64,000 nucleotides of DNA from Phycisphaerales bacterium (GTDB lineage Bacteria; Planctomycetota; Phycisphaerae; Phycisphaerales; UBA1924), in the NCBI GenBank assembly GCA_965227775.1, contig OZ245777.1, forward strand, positions 1,408,001 to 1,472,000. Direction: 5' to 3'. The notes beneath the pieces were generated by a model. It ran no database searches and was not told where the DNA came from. It saw only the letters and a program-made list of their open reading frames with translations. Position 1 is the first letter of the stretch; each line of letters starts with the position of its first letter. Position numbers and translations under genes: made by a program. Positions 60,601 through 64,000 of this stretch are shown here, piece by piece.

Positions 60601-62538
60601 GATCGCACGAATTCGATCGTCGTCAGTGGTACGGCCAACGACATTACCAAGGTGCGAGACCTTGTCCAGCGTCTCGACGTTGCAGAGGTCTTCCGCCAGC
60701 GCTTGCTGCAGCGGGTTGAGCTCGACAGTGCCGATGCGCGTGAGGTCGTCCAACTGCTTGAGAATCTGCTCTCCGGCCGCAGCGTGGGCGGGCAGCCGGG
60801 CGAGTCGGCGTCCATCATCGAGTTCCGCCGCCAGATCCGCGACGAGATGGGCAACGGGCAGGGCGAGTATGCCATTACCCGTGCCACCATCGACGACTCG
60901 GTCCGCCGGCAGATCACGATCGAGGCGGACGAGCGCACGAACGCCGTCACGATCATCAGCCCGCCAGAGGTCATGGATCTCATTCTGGGCTTCATCGACG
61001 AGGTCGACCGCAGCGAGGTCGACGATCGCATCCTCAAGTACTTCCGCCTGCAGAACGCCGACGCCGAGCAGATGGCCGTGGTGCTGCAGGAGTTGTTCAG
61101 CCTGCAGCGGCAGGGCGACCAACTGATCCTGGTGCCATCGCGCCGGCGGGACATCGATGTCGAGCAACCCTTCGAGCCCCAGCTCACGCCGGTCTCCACC
61201 GAGCGCGAGCGGCTGGCGATCACCATCGACTACCGAACCAACACGCTCATCGTCTCGGCGACCAAGGAGTACGTCGATCTGGTTTCGGACGTCATCAACC
61301 GGCTCGATTCCATCCAGGCTACCGAGCGTGAAGAGGTCGTGTACTCGCTGCAAAATGCTCAGGCCAATGAGGTTGAGCAAGTCCTGCAGGGCTACTTCCA
61401 GACGCAGGCCGATCGGCTGCGTCAGCTCATTAGCGATGAGGGAAGTGAGTCGCTCAGCCGCGTGCTCGACCGCGAGGTCATCGTGGTTGGAGACCCGACG
61501 AGCAACAAGGTCATCGTGTCCGCCTCGCCGCGGTATATCAGCACGGTGAACGACATCGTCAGCGAGCTCGACGCCGCGCCGCCGCAGGTGCTGGTGCAGG
61601 CCCTCATCGCCGAGGTGACGCTCGACGAGAACGCAAGCTGGGGCCTGGACTTCGACGTGTTCGACTTTGGTGGCGATATGTTCGACTTCGGCATGAGCGC
61701 TGCCGGCACGGGTGTTGCCACGGCCGTTGGTCTTCCCAACCTCTCACTCACGTCGTCCGACTTCGGATTGGCCGTACGTGCACTCGAGGGGCAGGGCCGG
61801 CTTGAGGTCTTGTCGCGGCCTGTCATCCAGATCAACAACAACGAGTCGGGCAACATCCTCGTGGGTGAAGACATCGCCATCATCGAGAGCGTCGATACGT
61901 TTGAGAACGGCCGAACACAGGCCAACGTCACTCGACGCAACGTCGGTATTGAGATGCTGGTGCGACCATCGATCAGCTCCGATGGCTTCGTGCGCATGGA
62001 GATTCAGCCCGAGATCTCCTCGCTCTCGAGCCAGCAGACCCAGATTAGCGAGAACTTCGCAGCTCCGATCATTAACACCCGCGAGGTGCAGACCACCGTG
62101 ACCGTGCGAAACGGCGAGACGGTCGTCATTGGCGGCCTGATCCAGGCGTTCAATGACAATCGCAACACCAGTGTGCCGCTCTTTGGCGACTTGCCGGGTG
62201 TGGGCTGGCTCTTCCGTACCCGGGAGCGAACGAATCGACGGACCGAGCTGCTCGTCGTGCTGACGCCGCGGATCATCCCCGGCGGGCGGGTTGGCGTGGT
62301 CGAAGCCCGCCGCGTGACGGGAAATGAGATGTTCCGCCACACCGGCGCGTCGAGCAAAATGATCGAGCGTTCGGACGTGACGGGCCTGTCGATCGAGCAG
62401 TTCGATCCGCGGTACTTCCCAGATGAAATCCTGATCGATGAGAGCATGATGGGACCGCACATGGATCAGTCTGCGACGTACCCTGCCGTACGCCCGACCG
62501 ATCCCGAAGAGTCGACCGATCCGGAGCAGCCCCAGTGA
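48676..62538 (+). CDS. gspD: Giant secretin (GspD-like), 4620 aa: signal peptide, N0, about 50 N-domain repeats, secretin core, C-terminal tail
   Basis: N0 ISFSFENAPYSEVL; core PQVLVQALIAEV..VLSRPVIQINNNESGNILVGE..REVQTTVTVRNGETVVIGGL..VPLFGDLPGVGWLFR..RTELLVVLTPRII. Start is ATG 48676 (ATGA-coupled) or ATG 48754. Confidence 0.93.
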   Translation: MTLEDLHPTTQTAAGRATSKAKGDARMSTVVKGHVAAALVLSCGMAMSVDAAQDQATGTTLAEAPPADPPAAAGQRSMTPISFSFENAPYSEVLGFFSREAGVPIIYQAAVPEQGMTFISGQSYSFDTALDILNRFLLPHRVRLSEQDEYLYFRSIEDAARQPGEIFQGELPAGMQQGKIVTLAVPLTNVDAATVAEQVKAMVAGYGSLVPVPSQNLLIVTETVEQIRRIREVLRMVDSQPPSDSDYRIYALRNAQVSDVIGTLRTLVPEYEKTIQKQGNRIEVVDDVTKPPVRFESNGRSNSIIAIGPTRRLETAAQLIEMLDQGDGAGVDGRRMASFVLESVTPQEAARQLDRLFSSVPNDRKPTVIPMETQGKITVVGSASLVMQAEALLGELDPGLDERADSAQRTTVVELERVDAGSVERLAQRLLSARQRQVLRFAPLAGGRSLMVTGPAADVESFEELARTLDSGEAIARDVRTLTVGRGDAQAVVDRAEELYELSGMAEREPLAIDVDAARRIVTVVGQREGLDRFVEFMRQSESSVVVERESRSFTMAAARPSEVAQRASRVADAMLRPADGSAYDAPQFEAIDEVNQLIVRASEGQFSVIEALIAQLDKPAGGSRFVTVPVRNATPQQLLDRVGPVYDAEAARRGDPSLSDIELTPDAAAGAIIARGSAASVALFQDVLRQVQQLVPPARSTRMLDLEFAGADQVLPVLQGLIEQREPVDPAREAPLPEISVLERTNTLVVKAEPAQHAMVAELVARLDTPEPMDLPPLKLLQLRTANAGNIARMLNDQYRQRPQADRIARPVDVRADEATNTLIVSAHEALLTDIKSFVDEINEESQQGPERAPLLFRLSVAKATDVADAMNRLYPEPAIPRDRRGQPMPWLQQPREVVVSADESSNSLIIDAPVEMHESLRELASQLDQVEVPPSAELRTYRVVNADVATIKRVLEGMDRQGNLSAPAQPGRQSVRVTIEAEPRSGTLIVAGDDTTFQRVEAMLEDLSAVPVERETAIVPIANADAKDIGDRALSIYQAQVAGVPGAGEVELSINETTNALEIVADAQAMERFLGVIDLLQDQAGPPREARLIQLQQARAADVIEFLRDLVGSSSSLRQQGGPEPVFEAIESTNSILAAAVPSQFGIIEQLVLDLDRQQSAGRQPLRILRLRTTEAGNIANMLQESYQRRTPEERARQPVDIRADAATNTLLVSAHPEMMPEIESVVSQLNDARTIDDEDREIRIFPLQHARAEELARTIDEMYPEPPMPRDSRGRPRPDLQQPKEVVVRANRSTNALIVDAPSRRLAGFEQIVNSLDKSELAGDVVVRTYRPQRAEPQAIASAIRELAGSGALGGSPRTPLTVSVEPNTRTIIVSGPGEAFAQVESLLEDLDGSPARPESAVKLYKLRHARADRLEPLLRDLLTTRLREQQQVSGGLGVADVASLLTVSAEPATNTLIISAPPVAQELAQSLIDALDTDEVGAAAPVVRVVPLSHGRSDQIAPQLERAIDALVLPSGGEVRVSSVGGANALLLTGSQNDLELVGTLVDDLDTPPFDPEAVGVQTFELQHADAERVGPVIERLLEQQRESNPFILRELMRRDPMAAQVTPVRVEVDSGTNALLVSGPSKMVELAEELIERLDRPTVESGRTLLTYTPARAQPQALVDAVSPVAEQTIERDRQGLEISADPSTGTVIVVGGEASAVQAVELLQRFDDRAPATPVADVTVVTLANASARNVAQTVESLLNDRGRWPAELVRAEQAGLAVPRPTLRADEQSNRIVMSVPSAMMPMAGKLIEAMDAAPDGQGERGVRLVRLAQGDADSVANAVQDALRAGIRPGQPQPTVRAETRSNSIVIAASQSQIEEAVQLIGQMDVQVEPEAVGVLTLRLKHTRAETVAPILETILQQDSVVDLLPWWAIGGFAAQNPDQAIKPTIRVIPEPGSNTVVVAAPRPMLELAQQVVAELDAADSAGESDRRMVRLIPLRNADATEVSQNLAGVLSDEGGVEPPTIRVDQGSNTLIVRATASQMSEIEGLAQQIDSATLSTSRQMRLIPIDRSRGDAAVVAQTLRQLLEQQGGVRVQVIGVDELMKDSGEPIGPGSALPQRRAPLQEAVMSAVLAGVQQDGAPVADAMEEAEGDDEPTITIAVDPATNTLVVVGSPRVTDRLASLAEQIQQQLPQEATRTRVIRLPSSANANAIAQIVRQTVQRVGRASTENPSGFTGRPDVVPDPIGSSLIVWANDTDFEVLGELIAAVSRLEASESLTLKVYPLVNIDADDAADSVNDLVSAQPTGQQARRFRWQQAPSRASDLTLLGPDGQRVEASIDPDTVRVLADPSGTRLVVTAPSDVLPLIDSFVSLIDQSPLADRLSIRRYELDNAEAQQLSRAFRDLFRAQRRGPGGNSIPEPSFVADDRTNALLITASSDQHQEIERLLVDADAPSRDEGLELAILPLQNAAPRTVAQVINQVLIGNDPGRRDKLNVSADDDAGMLVVRAEPELLAEVRLLAEDLDSASVEGAPIRTIKLETADAPTVAQAIQSFMRDRAQSAGRGRRGQTRVNVVGERRSGTLIVAASDEDFAQVEELAAALDLPAAARDLRVQIVRVENGRAKDLNEAVSDLQIQLFDERVWGNRRNDAPPEDKLYTTVHEPSNSIIVVGQGDTMDLMLGLIADLDQERSDVTRKIVRTVPIKDGDPDAIAQIIRQAFQENDRGRFWFSFGQQTVNVSVDRTRGLLILVGEKAKVDQAVEYAETLAATPGIEDRPIEVIELRHANADRVQRTLQQFFAQRARSRGQRQSDVTIIGSADGNVLITTAGEEDMSLLQDMVAQIDQPDLPEGRSIEVFSLRSMDPREASDAIRSMIPSSGREDAIRVTPQPSRNAIIVSAQDEQFPLIRALLEKLDTDAALPFVSVQLTEARATQVAQDLRSALPDGMNVELTAVDRTNTVIISGGNEESVAWVRKQIAQFDVASAPPATEFRRVQLEHARAVDVWLTLREAVRAQPRQQGESVPGVDYVDSQNVVTLTAEPDEMKQLLQIIEELDVETGGERQTQFIKLRFAEANLVAEALKLFYGPRAIEAKSQGARDVSILSDAVTNTLIIAAGEEQWEGIRNLLDQFDTEAYSTGRQLKVIPLNNADARNVADALNEGFRAPLEQQIQREQARRQGNQQGDRRQVSPDLPTVLIDPGETPVVSAEIETNSLIVFANVQDLERIETIAKSLDGEGAGRLPDARVIALQSGRATRIAQAVQRIFIDPLGRRGPRTPVVYGDDASNMIVFRGSEAEFTQVRALVQTLEAEGSSADVRVRTLVVKGIPAVRMRETLLNAFRVRAEQLNEGLGIEVDRDSNALVIAASERLYEEMKEVVDTLQGELLGGEGEIEGLDPAGPMGLGQSIRIIELASQAPAQVVQLANQLGLTRPTRADRPGVVSEPISVVPLPTRSAVAVVAGAADADRVEQLIRAIDQGGVTDAQTVAMIRLKTASAEQVARVVREMLAPQAEQNQSATARALAEQVRRRRMGAGEGGPEFDLDVPVQLGIDSGSNSLLIASSPANVAAIEHLVATLDTLPVGEAVVARIFALSNADAGRIRTIIDGLFREGEAIRRVPGTQRQGVPTTATGQALAGDVAIEVDARTNSLIVVGREDGVAFVEVLLADLDSEESVGWIEPSIITLEHADATDVADLIRETLVDGVSDAPQAAGLREQVGRLRLVQHGKDPLEAGARLDSDLFGTLSGLTILPEPTGNRLIVVASPANLRIVQELVKMLDVESAAASNQVRFFALERASADRVADLVEEIFDDRRRVGIDREEDAVLIQPDLRTNSLVVSTSPRSFAVLEDLVQRLDRDEGRVTVGLHTIDVVGADAEQLAPRIERLMRDRIEAATRGGRSESAQDVFSIEPSRSTNQLLVVSSEENLEVVRGLVESLSKEEQRLSEAAEIALIGLERGTASSIVDSIRTLYVDPENDKRGDNAVSVVAEDRTNSIVVSGTANDITKVRDLVQRLDVAEVFRQRLLQRVELDSADAREVVQLLENLLSGRSVGGQPGESASIIEFRRQIRDEMGNGQGEYAITRATIDDSVRRQITIEADERTNAVTIISPPEVMDLILGFIDEVDRSEVDDRILKYFRLQNADAEQMAVVLQELFSLQRQGDQLILVPSRRRDIDVEQPFEPQLTPVSTERERLAITIDYRTNTLIVSATKEYVDLVSDVINRLDSIQATEREEVVYSLQNAQANEVEQVLQGYFQTQADRLRQLISDEGSESLSRVLDREVIVVGDPTSNKVIVSASPRYISTVNDIVSELDAAPPQVLVQALIAEVTLDENASWGLDFDVFDFGGDMFDFGMSAAGTGVATAVGLPNLSLTSSDFGLAVRALEGQGRLEVLSRPVIQINNNESGNILVGEDIAIIESVDTFENGRTQANVTRRNVGIEMLVRPSISSDGFVRMEIQPEISSLSSQQTQISENFAAPIINTREVQTTVTVRNGETVVIGGLIQAFNDNRNTSVPLFGDLPGVGWLFRTRERTNRRTELLVVLTPRIIPGGRVGVVEARRVTGNEMFRHTGASSKMIERSDVTGLSIEQFDPRYFPDEILIDESMMGPHMDQSATYPAVRPTDPEESTDPEQPQ
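49213..61581 (+). repeat. Array of about 50 diverged secretin N-domain (NolW/KH-like) repeats
   Basis: Recurring unit of about 82 aa on average: h-x-L-x-(N/H)A-x-A..helix..variable loop..D/E-x-x-(T/S)N-x-h-h-h..helix..LD; counted by hand. Confidence 0.88.
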
Positions 62539-63077
62539 GAACAGCCGCCAGCCTCGCCTCCGCCTCATGCATGGTCTTCGCGATTGTGTTCGGCGCGGGC
62601 GCTGGCGCGGGGTGCGCGAGCAATGGCCCGGCCATCAAGAAGTTCGCCCCGCCGCCCGAGGACGTGATGCCCCGGCGCGTGATCGTGATGAAACGCGGCG
62701 AGTTCGATCAGGACCTCAACAGCTACATCGATGGCGTGCTGATCGAGGCTTACCTCATCAACAACGACCGCCCGGGCGACGGAGCTGACCAGCCCTTCCA
62801 CCGAGACGGCACACTCGCGTTTCGGCTCTTCGATGCCGGTGGCGAGTTGCTGTGCGAGGGCGAGTTCACGCCGGCGATCATGGCGAGGTCGGAGCGGACC
62901 GAGGCCGACACCCTGCTCGGCCCCGGCTACGCGCTCCAGATCATGTTCGGCCCGCGCGGCTACGAGGACATCCGCGACCGCATGGCCGCGCGCATGGACT
63001 TCGAGTTCACGCCGACAGCAGCCCCCGAACAAAAGGCATTCGGTTCGACCCAGGTCCGCCTCGGCCCGATGTTTTGA
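62535..63077 (+). CDS. Lipoprotein coupled to the secretin (candidate pilotin)
   Basis: GTGA overlap with the secretin stop; hydrophobic signal ending GAGC (lipobox-like); 180 aa. Confidence 0.7.
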   Translation: MRTAASLASASCMVFAIVFGAGAGAGCASNGPAIKKFAPPPEDVMPRRVIVMKRGEFDQDLNSYIDGVLIEAYLINNDRPGDGADQPFHRDGTLAFRLFDAGGELLCEGEFTPAIMARSERTEADTLLGPGYALQIMFGPRGYEDIRDRMAARMDFEFTPTAAPEQKAFGSTQVRLGPMF

Positions 63078-63118
63078 GCCACGACCCTCGACGCCCATCG
63101 CTCGCTCGGGCTTGAGCC

Positions 63119-63146
63119 CTTAGCGCAATCTTAACGCCTTCTTCGG
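63119..63146 (+). promoter_or_regulatory. Candidate Pho box
   Basis: CTTAGC (63119), CTTAAC (63130), CTTCGG (63141) with exact 11-nt period, upstream of pstS. Confidence 0.55.
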
Positions 63147-63238
63147 GTTCCATGAATGCCCCAATGCTGGGGCCGTGCTTCCATTTGCCTCGAAACCCAA
63201 GCCGCCCCGAAAAAGCTGCGGGCGAAGGAGATTCCAGC

Positions 63239-64000
63239 ATGGCAACGACGTTTCGCAAATGGACTGTTGGCCTGACCGCCGCCGTGGCTGGCGCTTCGGT
63301 GCTCATGGCCTCGGGCCCCGAGATTGACAGCCAACTGCCCACCTATCGCCCCGTGAGCGGCGTGTCGGGCAACATCAAGAGCATCGGCTCGGACACCATG
63401 AACAACCTCATGACCCTCTGGGGCGAGGAGTTCAAGGCGTTCTATCCGGCCGTGCAGATCGAGGTCGAGGGCAAGGGCAGCTCGACCGCGCCCCCCGCGC
63501 TCATGGAGGGTCAGGCCCAGTTCGGCCCCATGAGCCGCGCCATGAAGTCGTCGGAGGTCGATGAGTTCGAGAAGCGCTTCGGCTACAAGCCCGTCGCCCT
63601 TCGCACCGCCATCGACGCCCTGGCCGTCTTTGTCCACAAGGACAACCCGCTGGACGAGATCTCGATCCAGCAGCTCACCGACGTCTTCTCGGTGTCGGGC
63701 GAGAACATGACCTGGGGTGACCTGGGCGTCACCGACCGCGCCTGGGCCAACCGCCCGATCAGCCTGTACGGCCGCAACTCGGCCTCGGGCACCTACGGCT
63801 ACTTCAAGAAGGTCGCCCTCCAGGGCAACGACTACAAGAACACCGTCAAGGAGCAGCCCGGCTCGTCGGCCGTGGTCCAGGGCATCGCCACAGATCGCTT
63901 CGCCATGGGCTACTCGGGCGTGGGCTATGCCACCGCTGGCGTCAAGATGCTCGAGGTCTCGCTCGACGGCGGCGAGGCATTTGCCCCGGTCGCCGAGTTC
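63239..64000 (+). CDS. pstS: Phosphate ABC transporter substrate-binding protein; 3' truncated, absent from the ORF track
   Basis: AAGGAG RBS; own translation: SGNIKSIGSDTMNNLMTLW, EGKGSSTAPPAL, GPMSR, DALAVFVHKDNP, YGRNSASGTYGYFK, EQPGSSAVVQ. Confidence 0.95.
   Translation, partial: MATTFRKWTVGLTAAVAGASVLMASGPEIDSQLPTYRPVSGVSGNIKSIGSDTMNNLMTLWGEEFKAFYPAVQIEVEGKGSSTAPPALMEGQAQFGPMSRAMKSSEVDEFEKRFGYKPVALRTAIDALAVFVHKDNPLDEISIQQLTDVFSVSGENMTWGDLGVTDRAWANRPISLYGRNSASGTYGYFKKVALQGNDYKNTVKEQPGSSAVVQGIATDRFAMGYSGVGYATAGVKMLEVSLDGGEAFAPVAEF

Noticed and set aside
49213..61581. Giant secretin as an assembly duplication or a fusion of several genes
   Set aside because: Repeats are strongly diverged in DNA and protein, the frame is open throughout, and there is only one N0 and one secretin core. 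Read mapping is still advisable.

Overview
High-GC chromosomal window, most likely from a Planctomycetota (Phycisphaerales-like) bacterium. This is inferred from the GC-type dockerin-tagged FG-GAP proteins, the TM+CxxCGY..CPECG proteins and the planctomycete-style RpoB/GspG motifs. In order it holds: three paralogous secreted FG-GAP (integrin-alpha-like) proteins with a C-terminal dockerin; a VOC protein; membrane hypotheticals; a P-loop NTPase with an inserted TM hairpin; an AlsT-NfeD-flotillin cluster; an ABC1 kinase; a phosphomannomutase; rplK-rplA-rplJ-rplL-rpoB-rpoC; an outer-membrane beta-barrel; carB; an AraC regulator; a tandem QueD/PTPS; a lipoprotein glutathione peroxidase; two zinc-ribbon membrane proteins; a type II secretion-like operon; and the start of pstS. 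The standout is the T2SS-like operon (40590-63077). Its secretin is one 4620-aa ORF with about 50 tandem diverged N-domains by hand count (canonical GspD has 3 plus N0). The operon also has a pseudopilin with 15 Phe-acidic pentapeptide repeats, a GspM-GspC-like fusion and a coupled lipoprotein, but no GspE ATPase in the window. Secondary signals are a paired R529C/S574R change (E. coli numbering) in the RpoB rifampicin pocket, a recurrent leaderless-promoter signature, and a structured rplJ-rplL spacer. I saw no tRNA, rRNA, CRISPR array or mobile element. All calls come from reading motifs by eye; no searches were run.
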